Assembly (NCBI GenBank): GCA_965285935.1
Contig: OZ260663.1
Location: 55,118,001 to 55,182,000 of the forward strand
Source: Ophelia neglecta
Taxonomy: Eukaryota
Direction of reading: 5' to 3'
DNA length: 64,000 nucleotides
In this document: in pieces, positions 26,201 to 37,400 of the stretch
Layout of the letters: each line of letters starts with the position of its first letter
Position numbering within the stretch: the first letter of the stretch is position 1
The notes under the pieces: generated by a model
The model's database searches: none
What the model was told of the DNA's origin: nothing
Seen by the model: the letters and a program-made list of their open reading frames with translations, nothing else
Made by a program: the position numbers and the translations under genes

Positions 26201-28489
26201 GTTGCATATAATTTGAATTAATCACTATCTACTTGACAGAACAAAAAGGATACATAAACTGAAATCCTATGAAATCTCACTGATTAAAAAAAAACATATT
26301 CATAGTAAGTCTTTCATTTTGCAATACTTTAAATATGCAATTTTTACTAAATGCTGTTCATAGTTATATTTTTTGTCATTTTTTATGGACATATATAGTA
26401 TGTGGATTAGTTCAACTGTTTAAGCAGTAACCATGTTTGCACACACATTAGATAGAAGATTATTTGAAGATTAGAAACATAAGCTCATATAGGATGCTAA
26501 GCTCTGGATAACATTTTAAGAATGGGTGCATAAAGTTCGATGTAATATACATGCCACACTGGGGGTCACTCACCAAGCATACACATGTACAATACAGATA
26601 TTTGATAGAGCTTATTTTAGGCTTACACTATAGGCACACATTGGGGCAAGTTAGTAGATAAAAGGTTCAGATATTACGATATCGATATCAGTTACATGAA
26701 AAGATATCAAAATCTAAACAATAATGGTATTGGATTCAAAAGTAAAAAGAATTCAAAGAACAACATTCATATGAGAGGCAAACCCAGACATGGAGTATGC
26801 CAAATAACACTGACAATGAAAGGTACAACGCTAAATCCCCCCCATTTATACTGTGACATCGTAATCCTCACAGTTTGAGTGCCTATCTGATAGACTCTCA
26901 AACAGGAGGCTTCTGGTGTACCAACCAGCATTTCATCAATTTTCATGAACATGTATATGCCATTTATCTAGATATGCTATATTATTATTAAGCCAAATCT
27001 TCATTTCATTTTGGGAGTGCTAGAAATAGTAAGGTTATCAAAAATTTATCCTGACCTATGTCTGTTCTGTCCAGCCCTACATGGCACGCAGGCTTACTGG
27101 ACACCTAGCGAAGGGAATCCTGTTTGGCATGGAAAATAGTTATCCAGTTCCTATACTGAATATGTGAGACATAAACAGAAAGAGCATGACTTTGGAAGAT
27201 AAACAAACGAGAAAGTCTCAAAGCAAACCCAAAATTCTGCATAAGTCAGAAATTTAGAAAAAATTCAAGGCCTGGTTTAACAAGGTCACCAATATCATTT
27301 AACAGTATTAAAATTGGTCACACCAAATGATATAGTCATTCTTATAATAATACTGTTACCTAAATAAGCTAATGAGCACTGCAAAGTGCCTCATTAAGCT
27401 ATACTTTTGGAGTGACAAAATATAATAATGACAAATACAATTTGTGCTTATGATCCCAACACAACCACACAATTGTGATGACCTTCGAAAATTATAAACA
27501 GAAAAGAAAATACCCATGAAGCAGTTGTCTTTGAGAGCAGCTGTAGCAGTTCAAAATCAAACATCCTAAAAGTTGATTAACATAATGTGACATAACATCT
27601 TTTGGCATCTAAAAGTTTGCTGGGTAATAGAATGGATAAGACTGGTAATAGATTTTTAAGATTCAGACTGCAAAAGACAAAAGGCAGAAAAAGTGTGCAG
27701 ACACTGGATAAAGCTAGTACAGGACATTAGGACTAAGTAGTGTAATTCCATTTCCACCTGCCTCCCTGATGCCTACCATAGTGACATCCTCCAAAGGATG
27801 AAACTAAGTCAACATCAGCCACAAGCCATGAAAAGGGGTTCCGGAATAAGAGAGGAATTTCCCAATACACCTTGGTTATTGACCAGGGTAGCAGTGGAAC
27901 CCTGGAATGTCTTGAACATTGGGAGAGAGGGAGGCTGAAATGACCATTCCATGTAAAGTTTACTGAAGTGATGCCAATTCCATAGAACGCGGGCAAATAA
28001 TACATAGGAGGGTCAGAGTCGGTATGAAGGTACCTCCAAACAAATTGCCTGCAAATGACAAACTGAGTTTGACTGAATGCTAAACAACCATCTATCCACC
28101 ACTAGCCAAAGAGAATTTCGAACATGGATGCAAAAAACTGTTTATTTCCACCAGACTACAGATCGAAATATTTCTAAAACTATTCTCCCGACCACACGCA
28201 CTCATATGCTACTGATTTTAGTTGGCAAATACAATTTAGACCAGACTCTGACAGAAACATATCTACTCTGCTCATGTTTATATAGCAAATAGGAAGGAAG
28301 AATATGGAATTTCATCAATATTGAATTATTGGATTGACAACAGTGGATGTGGTTACTGATAAGTATACGTGGCCATCCTATGTATGACAACTGATTTGAA
28401 TAAACAATGTTTTTGACTGTGTTGCCTTGAGAATCCCATGGGTTATGGAACTGACATTCTTTGGACGTCTATCACAACATGATGCTTAC

Positions 28490-28568
28490 CGCACTGAAGT
28501 CCAGCAGGTCACTCAATTCTCTGTCATTCCCTGGGTTCATGTTGTTGTTCTGCAAGTCTGCAACAAAT
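28490..28568 (-). CDS. TCF12: E-protein exon 2: (R)[26 protein letters not shown] (conserved ATG at 28540-28538)
   Basis: Acceptor ttttatttcag|ATT, donor GCG|gtaagc; LSDLLDFS motif; ATG context AACAACATGA. Confidence 0.95.
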
Positions 28569-31500
28569 CTGAAATAAAACAGATCTAAGCATTATAACAG
28601 GTAAAGCCAAGGCAAATCAAGCGAAATGCATCCATCAGTCAATCTTAAATCAAAGCTAATTAGGGAGGTTGTAGGGGGCCGGGAGCTGGGTGGGCCCCCT
28701 ATGTCAGTGTCTCGACAGACAGATTACTGCCTGGCCAATTACCTGAGCTAGGGACAGAGCATCAAGATTAAACTCAAGATCAATTCTACATTAACTGATT
28801 CTTTTTACATCAAATCAAATCAAATCGGCTTGATTTTTAAGAGTTCAAAGAAGCTGAGACTAATCAAGGAAGGACATTGATGGATGCCTGATGCCACAGT
28901 AAGAATATTGATAAATAGTGTGTTGGGAATTGGCAGAATACCTGTGCCCATTTGACATGCTGAGCAGTGCTGTTAATTGCTGCCCCAGCTCTGGCCTGAG
29001 GCATGGCTCATTTGTTAAGAGAGCATTTGAACAAACATTGATCAGAGTTTTCTTTGCAGGCCATGGGGAAACAACGAAACAGATATATACATACTATAAC
29101 AAGAACCAAATACATGAACACACATCATATATGGTATTGAAAGTACAAGTATAAAAAGGGTTTCCACAATTTGAATCCATTTTGATAGCAACACAATGAT
29201 ACTGCATGTATGAACTGACAATTTCTAACTTGATTACATATTGTGTACATCAGTCTACATATTAAATTCTTAGAATAAGGTGTATTATTTTATTTTACTG
29301 TAACTGTCAATAAATTGCTATGATTAATGAAAATTGCTCATATTTCATTTAAAGTTCAGAAAGTAATATACAGCAGAACAATAACATTCAGCTTCATATT
29401 GATCAATAAGTGGCTAATTTCTGCAGAATGCAGTACAATTCATATCAGTCATTCAGTGGGCCCTCATAATAGGTCCATGACAAATAGTTCCTTGACTTGC
29501 AAGGAAATGAAATCATAAACAATTCATATAAAGTGATCATTGGTTCAGCCCTTCCATTCACTAGATACTGGGTTTGTGGAAGGATAAGTTCTTCAGCTAG
29601 GTTCTTCAATAGGGAAATCTATTCCGTGGACTGTTATTGCAGTTCTTTCAAATTTGTCTCCCTACGGTGTGCATTGTATAAATCAGTTTATTCAAGTAGT
29701 TAAGATACTAGATTTAAAAGTTTCTGTCCAAAACTGAATGCCAGGTACTATGGACACAGCAACAAAAATTCTCGTCTGAACTAGGTCAAGAAGTGCACAC
29801 ACCATGCAAAATTTGTCTACTTTTGTCTGGCATGAAAAGGCAGTTAGGCTGAGGTACCTTGAAATGGAACAATGTCCAGCAAAGCATTCATGCGTAATAC
29901 CATTAATTCAAGGTGAAATGTCAAATTTCAGTACATGACACATGTTCCACAATGTACAGTGTAAAATTGCTGTATCCATTAGCTTGTTCAGTTTTACAAC
30001 ATACTACTGTGTAAAACTGTCCCCATGAACTTAAGCAGTTACACGCGAGTACTTTCTTTTAACGACTGGTGGATAATAGACCACAGTCTAATCTTGACCT
30101 ATATAATACAACCTGTAAACAAGCTTTCTGGTCAGTTGTTGGAAGCTAAATTATCTCTCTTTTACTCATTGAACTTAAAATATCTTATAATCTTCCAAAG
30201 GTGAAAATGGAAGATGATCATGGTCCTGTGTCTATAATTTCTCAATGGATGAGGTGAGCTGAATCACAATGAAGGAGCAACTTAGGGAAAGCCAGTATTC
30301 TCTGATACAAACCTGTTGCCTCGGTGCCAACCACTTTGATGAAATTTATAGGCCCATACTGGCATGTTGATTTTTCACAACAGGCAAATCATTGTTTTGT
30401 ATACATAATGACTGGCCTTTGGCAAGATTCACCACAATAAACTTCAAATCTCCTTCCCATTGCGATAATAAAAGATTTTTGGGAGCAATGAAGAGAATAT
30501 ATTTTAGAGGATTCAGTGACAGGACCATTTTGTCTGTTTTGGCACCTGGGGCTGGTGTGTCTGGCTAGGTCTGGGGCTGATGGGTATGTTCAGGTCTGTT
30601 TTGTTTATTGGTGATAAGTATACTAAAGGATTGTTAAAGTTTATACTACTTTTTCAAGTCTTAACAGCACCAGTACACTTACCATATGATTCAAGTTGAC
30701 AATGTGTACTACATTAATATCAAACATAGTCTAACTGCTCTTATCAAAGATTCAACAAATGGTAACACATTGTAATTGCACGACTTGACACTTGTACAGT
30801 TATGTATCTCAGTGTAGGAGTGTAAGTTGACATAGTAGTAAAAAATGGTAAATTGAAACTATTTTACATAGTGTATATTTTAAATGTCAGAATAACATTA
30901 TGAAGTGAGTTTCAAAGAAGGGACCTATAAGAAAGCATCTGTGTTCCAAGTAGGTCCAATATAATATCCTAATTACAATCATTACATCCTGATTAAGGGC
31001 TGGGCAGTATGGATATTAAATAAATTGAACACTGGATAGGCCTACACCACAGTATTTATAACCTAATAACTTAAGAAGAAGCTTTCTGGATTCTGATTGT
31101 ATATTATGCATACTTAATACGTCTGACTTTCAATTTTTAACATTTTAAAGCAGCATTGCCCATTCATGAATCCTGGCCAACCAAACTTATAAAATCCAAT
31201 CTATAGTTATACTGGACCGACAATATTTGTATTTAAAATCCCATTTTTTGAAAGGATGAACTAGTGCATAGACTACTTCTATATAAAAGCGACCTTCTAG
31301 TCTTGATAATAATAAGTAAACACAGTAGATTGGCATGTTGCTGTACCATATAGCAGACGATATTTGCCTAAGTTAACGTAATAAGTGTGCATTCTTGTGG
31401 GTGATAATACAGTGTAAAGAGTGTATCTGTGCAGATTTTCGATCCCCAGAAATATTCTACAATGGGTGACCAAAATACTTGAATCATCACACGGTAGCCG

Positions 31501-31792
31501 AACTGACATCAAACTTGATGACCCAACGAGCTGACTCAGAGGTGTGTGTATTTGGCACACACCATTGCCTTCGTCGGCAGTATGGCATCTAAACAAGCTT
31601 CAAACTCACAGAATTTTGACAGCTCTACAGAGTTAAAAAATCACTGATTAGATACCAAATGATGCACATGAATAGCTTATACAGTACTTTGTTGAACTTT
31701 GAAGATGTTATGGGACGTTTCTGTAGGATGAGCCAATAATTCAAGATTTTAACTCCAGGGATGCAGGCAAAAAGGGATGAACGTTACAATGC

Positions 31793-31801
31793 AAGATGGC
31801 G
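31793..31801 (+). promoter_or_regulatory. YY1/Pho consensus site at the start of intron 1
   Basis: AAGATGGCG ~40 nt into intron 1; motif match only. Confidence 0.35.
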
Positions 31802-31837
31802 ACCGTCGAGAGGGTCTGCCACATTTAGAGTGCTTAC

Positions 31838-31896
31838 CTGTAATTCTGCCGATCGCCTGCCTCTGTTCCTCCGACAGACCGGCCGAGATTAAGCAT
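31838..31896 (-). CDS. TCF12: Optional N-terminal coding part of exon 1: [19 protein letters not shown](R), in frame with exon 2
   Basis: ATG at 31896 with an in-frame TAA two codons upstream; 59 nt plus 28 nt of exon 2 reach the conserved ATG with no stop. Confidence 0.5.
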
Positions 31897-31967
31897 AACT
31901 TACTCCAGATTCAATTGCGACAAATTTCCTACACTCCAACCCACTTTCCCACAAAGTTTTCTTCACC

Positions 31968-32012
31968 TTACAACAGGCCGACCGACATTTTCTTTTCTTT
32001 GTGGAGCCGCAT
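31968..32012 (-). CDS. uORF MRLHKEKKMSVGLL* in the E-protein 5'UTR
   Basis: The only ATGs between the predicted TSS and 31905 (32012 and 31988) share a frame and end at TAA 31970-31968. Confidence 0.4.
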   Translation of the reverse strand: MRLHKEKKMSVGLL

Positions 32013-32284
32013 CACCGTTCCAATGGAAATCCCTACGCGTTGTGATACGGGCACTTGATGGAAAATACTCCAAAATAAACTACTCCGCGAATCGCAGCGG
32101 CAAAATCCACAGCGGTAAGGAAAGTTGGTGGTTCGCTGCTGCCAAAATACACGACTTCTCCAAGACTAGACCTGTGTACTCTTCCAGTAATGCAATTTGA
32201 CTGAAAATGTGGTTCAACTTCTCTAAGCTAAACACGATGTCCTGTAGTAGTGGGGTAGTGAAAGCAATGTTGTGTCTGAGAGCT

Positions 32285-32355
32285 GACTGAAGCCATTGAA
32301 TCCACACCAGGCTCATCGCTTGTGATTGACATTGTGGATTCCTCTGGCCAATCAG
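32285..32355 (-). promoter_or_regulatory. TATA-less core promoter of the E-protein gene: Inr TCAGTC (+1 ~32288) and CCAAT box at about -60
   Basis: Minus-strand TCAGTC at 32290-32285; GGCCAATCAG at 32346-32355; TGATTGAC at 32323-32330; lies in the CpG-rich domain. Confidence 0.6.
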
Positions 32356-32697
32356 CGCCCTTCCTGTCTTCTAAAGGTGTCCAACTCGCGTGCCCAAATA
32401 ATCGATTATGCTAAAAAGCCTTTTAGATAGGTCTTCTGTCCCATATCTGTTGCGGCACTGAATATGCCTAGCCTTAGAAGACATTAAAATTTAATATGTT
32501 TAGGCCAGACAACTTAGGCCTAGACCCATCGATGATATAGTAACTTTATTATTTAAAATCCCAAAGGTCCTGTTTTGACCAGAGAAACTAGCTTTGATGG
32601 CGCGAAATATTTATGCTTTCATGGATTCATTCAAATTGGTGGTGAAATAAGTGTAGGTTGTGTGCATGTGTTTGCATTTGGTTTTTTTTTGTTGGAC

Positions 32698-32853
32698 GAG
32701 GGGGATAATTGCTTCCTTTATATACGCCAAACGGGGGGGGGGGGGGGGGGGGCAGGTCCTTTCATATATTTATGCCTATCCCGGGGAGGGGGGGGGGGCA
32801 CTTTCTTTCCTTTATATATGCCAGGGCTATACTTCCTTTCCTTTATGTATACC
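32698..32853. repeat. Degenerate tandem array (~4 units) of G-run + cttcctttatatatgcc
   Basis: Units: ggggg..cttcctttatatacgcc / G20..cctttcatatatttatgcc / G11..ctttcctttatatatgcc / ggg..ctttcctttatgtatacc. Confidence 0.65.
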
Positions 32854-34049
32854 TGTCCCCTATTTGGGTAAGAAGGCACCCAATTAGAATGGGGAAACGG
32901 CACATAGCCTTTAAAAATGTTAGCCCTAGTTAATTAAGGGAAATGGCATGGTCCCGGGGTACGGCATTTCTTACACTAGTGAGAACACTTGTAAAAACAA
33001 ATTTACCCTTTTATTCACCTGTTCAACAAATCAGGATATACCTAGGGAAAGTCAATGGTCTAATACAGTCTCTCCATTCCGGGCCGTGTGCACGCGTCAT
33101 CCTTGACTTTGTAGGCTATGGGCATTATAGTTAGGGCGCTTTGAATGTTGTAGATTCTCGGCCCAGGGACTGTGGCATGGTTATGGTCCGAGGGGGGGGG
33201 GGGGGGTATGGTTCTCGAGACTGAGATGGCCGAAAATAGTCGAAACTTTGAGCTGGACTTCCCAAATATAGCTCGGTGATGATAAGGAGAGTGTATCGGT
33301 GCTCCACAGCTACATGCTTACATAAAACCTCAACAAATGAATTTCCATTTTTTTTGCAAAAGTATGTTGTACAAAGCTCAAAGTTTATATATGAAAAAAG
33401 ACTGATAGTTAACATATCAAGAAATATGTTAACCTGAAAGTTTGTCAGAATGTGTTAAACCTGTCTACTGTAACCCTTAGATATTTACAAAATGTAACAC
33501 TTTGACAATGAATTAGTTCAGGCACTGTGTTCCAAACGATCAGAATACGAACTGCGTCCTTTGTATCACAAAATAGCACGTGGTTGGCATCATAAATGAA
33601 AGAGAACAATGAAAGAAATACATACATATTGATACATTACTCCGAGCTTTCAGGTTGGTAGCAATTGGCCATTTTATGTTTAAAAAATGAATATGGACTC
33701 TACAGGCCTAATCTAATACAAAGAAAAGCAATGTACAATATATATACTACAGGCCTAGACAAATGAATTGTGTGCACATGTGTATTTATATCAACTAAAA
33801 TTGACAAGGTGGAGCTAAAAGGTTAATGCCAATTCTTACATACATACTTTACTCATTGAATAATCATTAGCATAGTCTTGTCAGTTTGTCCAAGTATAAA
33901 ATGCTGGCAATACGCCCAAAGTGAGTTAATTCTAAAAAGGTTGGTGTGAAGGGTTACTCTAATTGTTTGCAGATAACTATAATAAACCGTTTTAATGTCA
34001 AGAAAATATCAAAGTATCAAGGCATGCAGGAGGAAAAAAAGTAGCTCTG

Positions 34050-34450
34050 TATTTTTAGAGGTCGATTTGCAGAAGGGGTGGAGCTCTTCAAATCTTTTAC
34101 ATATAATTGGAATAGTTTTTCTGTACGAGAGGTGATAAAAGGGGTCTTAAAATTCTAAGATGTAAGGAGGCATATTAACATTTCCAAGAGAACGAGGTGG
34201 GGTATGGGCATGAGGAGTATCTCTCGGGAAAACTGCACCCGGGGGAGACTGGAGCTGGTTTTGGGTGGGGACTGCCATGGGGGAGAGGCTTATTCAGTGT
34301 TTGAAAAAGCTACAAAGAGGGGTCGTTTTTGAAATTTCCAGGGTTAAAATGGATTTTAATTGTAGAGGTAAAAAAGGGGTCTTAATAATTCAAGATTCCA
34401 AACTAGATTTTAATATTCCTGGAGATACAAATGAGGTCTTGAATATGGGA
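34050..34450. repeat. Degenerate internally repetitive element (aaaaggggtct-like motif several times), likely TE relic
   Basis: gaaggggtg, aaaaggggtctt, aagaggggtcg, aaaaggggtctt and atgaggtctt recur; ttttaat/gattttaat also recur. Confidence 0.4.
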
Positions 34451-37400
34451 CATGCAAAACGGTTTTCAGGTGTAGGTGCTATGTGGCATAGAACAGTAAA
34501 ACCCGGTATACATCACCTGATGACAGTCATGTCATATAATGGGAAATGTTGACTTTCCTGCACCTGCCTTTCATTAAATTTGATAGAGATCAGTGCCGCT
34601 GGATTGCATTGGCATCCAGGGGGCCAAGAACTTTGAAATCTTCAACCTTAGTTAAATATTAATAGGTTCCCTAAAAGAATTAAAAACAATTTCATTTGTA
34701 AATCTAACATTTCTTTAAAGCTAAAGGCTCTTCATATGCCTACAATTTTCCTACATATTGCCCCTAGTTATGTGTTTATTGTGTGCTAATGTTGGAGAAT
34801 GGGACAAAATCCAAAGGAAGTAACGTCCGGATTTTCGTTTTTCACTGTTGTTCGGCGGGTTTCAGACCTTTTTTTCATTAATTTTTGACGTTTTAAATGT
34901 ATGATTTAATATGAGAGACCATTTAATCATTTAGGGGTCACAGGCAGCATGAGACCCATAGTTTAAAACCAATAGGGGGTCACATGCCCCCCCCCCCCCG
35001 TGAACCCCTCTGGAAGCGCGTCTGGATTAATAAGCCATCTTATTAAAATGGAACGCATTTGAAAGCACCTTAACATTTTCAATGCATAGAAACAAGTAGA
35101 AATGAACTTGAGAAACATTTGGTATGTTTTTTTCTCGAAAAAATATAAGATTTTTCTCCTCTCTTGTTTTGCCAAGAAACTGTTTTTTGACAAATTTACT
35201 GTCGTGTCAGAATGTGTTTAAGCCTACATGTCAACGTGATCATTTATAAGGCATCACAGTCAAAGCTTAGGCTTTAATACCCTTACATCATTTGTCGGAT
35301 ATATAGGGCAACGCCAGGAAAAATGGTTTAATTCCAATCAGACCATCCCGTTTTATCTTTATATCAAAACTCAGTGTATACATGTGTGAACTTTGCCTGA
35401 CCTTTACCTCGTTTAATTTGTAAGGGTGGGTACATTTTAGCCAGGGGTATCGTATAGCACACATGCAGGGAAAGTTTCCTGGAATATGCCCGGGTACAAA
35501 AATGCCATCTTGGCCATCTGTGGCTGTAGTTAACGATAGGCCTTAGAAAGGCCTAACGCATTCAGTGCGCAAGTAGATAGATCAATCCATGAACTATTCG
35601 AATTTTGAAAAGATAATCCACCAGTAAATGTGTATAACATGCGACACGTATTGTTCTACTTGGTTGAGAAATTTATATGGTGGCCGCACATTAGTTTGCA
35701 GTCTTAAGCCTAAGAGAACAATGAAGAGACCCCCTCTTCTTGCTGCGGGGCATGTCTCTCCTGATAATATCAGCTTTTGGCGCGTGCACCTGCTTATTTA
35801 GGCCAATCAGAAACTCAATCAAGTCGGCCAAAACAAATACGGTCCCCGAAGGTAATAGTGCCTTTATACCTATACTGGAAGTATGCTTTATTGACATTTC
35901 AGCTATATATAGGTAAGGGCTATCATGCACGTTTTAATTTCTTTTCAAGATTTGGGACGCGCTACCCGGGGCGCTAACCTGCATACCCACACTATCGGGT
36001 AGTACTGTACATATGGGGCCTGTGAGTATATGTAGGGTAAGAATGCACGTCTAAATTTGGCCTCACTTTCAGGAAACAATCCATAATCAATGGATTCCTC
36101 GTTCCGATCCCTGTAAAAATTGAATAAATTAAAAATTGGACTTGCTAATGTATGCCTATATTGATATCCTATTGTGTTCCGTAACATCAATAATCGATGA
36201 AGTATGGTCTAGGTGGCGGATGGGTTTTTTTAGTATGCAAAAAATTACCAGATATACTTTTGCCGACTTTTAAATAAGTACGCAAGATTTGAGCGCACAT
36301 GCACGACTTGTGGCTTCATAAGACGGGGCCTAAATCCTACCTATCTCTTGAAATACTTAATTTGACTAATACGGATCTATAAAGGCCTGTTTATGTTATT
36401 TACATTTAAACTTTTTGTAGGATGCAGCAATATGTATATACATAAGTCTAGCTAGTGCAAGACCTAAACATTATAGGCACTCCCTATTTCTAGTTCTTGC
36501 TTATAAATATATGTATAGGCCCTATAGACCTACTTTCATTAGACCTGCTAGGCATAAATAGATTCTAAAGATTCTTACATGCATGGTGGACATTTCCCAC
36601 GTGTCTCAAGTTTTCCCCGACGTCTGCTCGTTTGACATTAGGGGGCCAAGTCAACAATGTATAAGCCTAGACCAGAAAATATATGTACCTCTTGGCCTGA
36701 ACAAAGGCGAGAAAACAGGCCGTGGCATGTCCTAGGCACAAAGCTTAAAATCTGTATTATATATATCCTATAGTCAGCAGGCCTACCATGCACGCAAGTT
36801 TAATACCGTGATATTTTTCAAAAAATACGTTCGTGACAATCAAATACTGGCCGAACACTTTTAGCCGAAAAGGATTTATCCATAAAAAAATGAAGCTGAT
36901 AGAAGGGCGAGCCACTTTAAAAGTACTCTTCCAACAAGTTAAATTGCTACGGAAGGGCCTTTTCGTGGAGCAATGAAGTAGAAGCGGCACATGATTCCGG
37001 GCGAAAGCGCCTTTTTCTCGGGCGGGCGACTCAGCTCAATGCTTTCCACATCAGGATGCCGCTCACGGGCTAGGGAAGTCAGCGAGATTGAATCACGAGC
37101 TCACTTATTGTCGATCGTGTTGCGCTACAAATTCACCTCCACTCATTCGAAAGCCATCCGAAAGGCGACGAATAACTCGAGAAATACTTAGAATGCGCGC
37201 CAAATTGACCTGCCTAATCGCGTGGCAAGAGGAGTTGATTCAAATAAACTGCTGGGCATTAAAACTCCCGCCGACCGAACCCGGGGGTCGGCGAATGAAA
37301 GGGAGGCAATTTCTGTCTCAGGTCGTGATATGACTTATGTCGCTTTAAGTGTGACACCAAGTGAAGCGGGGGATAAATTCGATTAATTCCCTAGAAAGAC

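Larger units (their letters stand above)
1..32288 (-). other. TCF12: Gene span (5' part) of class I bHLH E-protein (daughterless/TCF3/TCF4/TCF12 orthologue); bHLH exons lie beyond the left edge
   Basis: Spliced exons 28490-28568 and 19673-19757 give [23 protein letters not shown]. This matches the E-protein AD1/PCET motif (human TCF4/TCF12 [20 protein letters not shown]) with the same intron positions (phase 0 after FSA, phase 1 after the next exon). The symbol is nominal because invertebrates usually have one co-orthologue of TCF3/4/12. Confidence 0.93.
31838..32288 (-). other. TCF12: E-protein exon 1 (mostly 5'UTR) with two candidate donors (exon ends 31904 or 31838)
   Basis: CpG-rich segment downstream of Inr/CCAAT; donors GGA|gtaagt (31904) and CAG|gtaagc (31838). 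Confidence 0.7.

Noticed and set aside
32080-32316. 78-aa minus-strand ORF over exon 1
   Set aside because: Its ATG lies upstream of the predicted TSS (~32288) and I recognise no homology.
32575-32933. Poly-Gly/poly-Pro ORFs
   Set aside because: Artefacts of G homopolymers in a tandem repeat.
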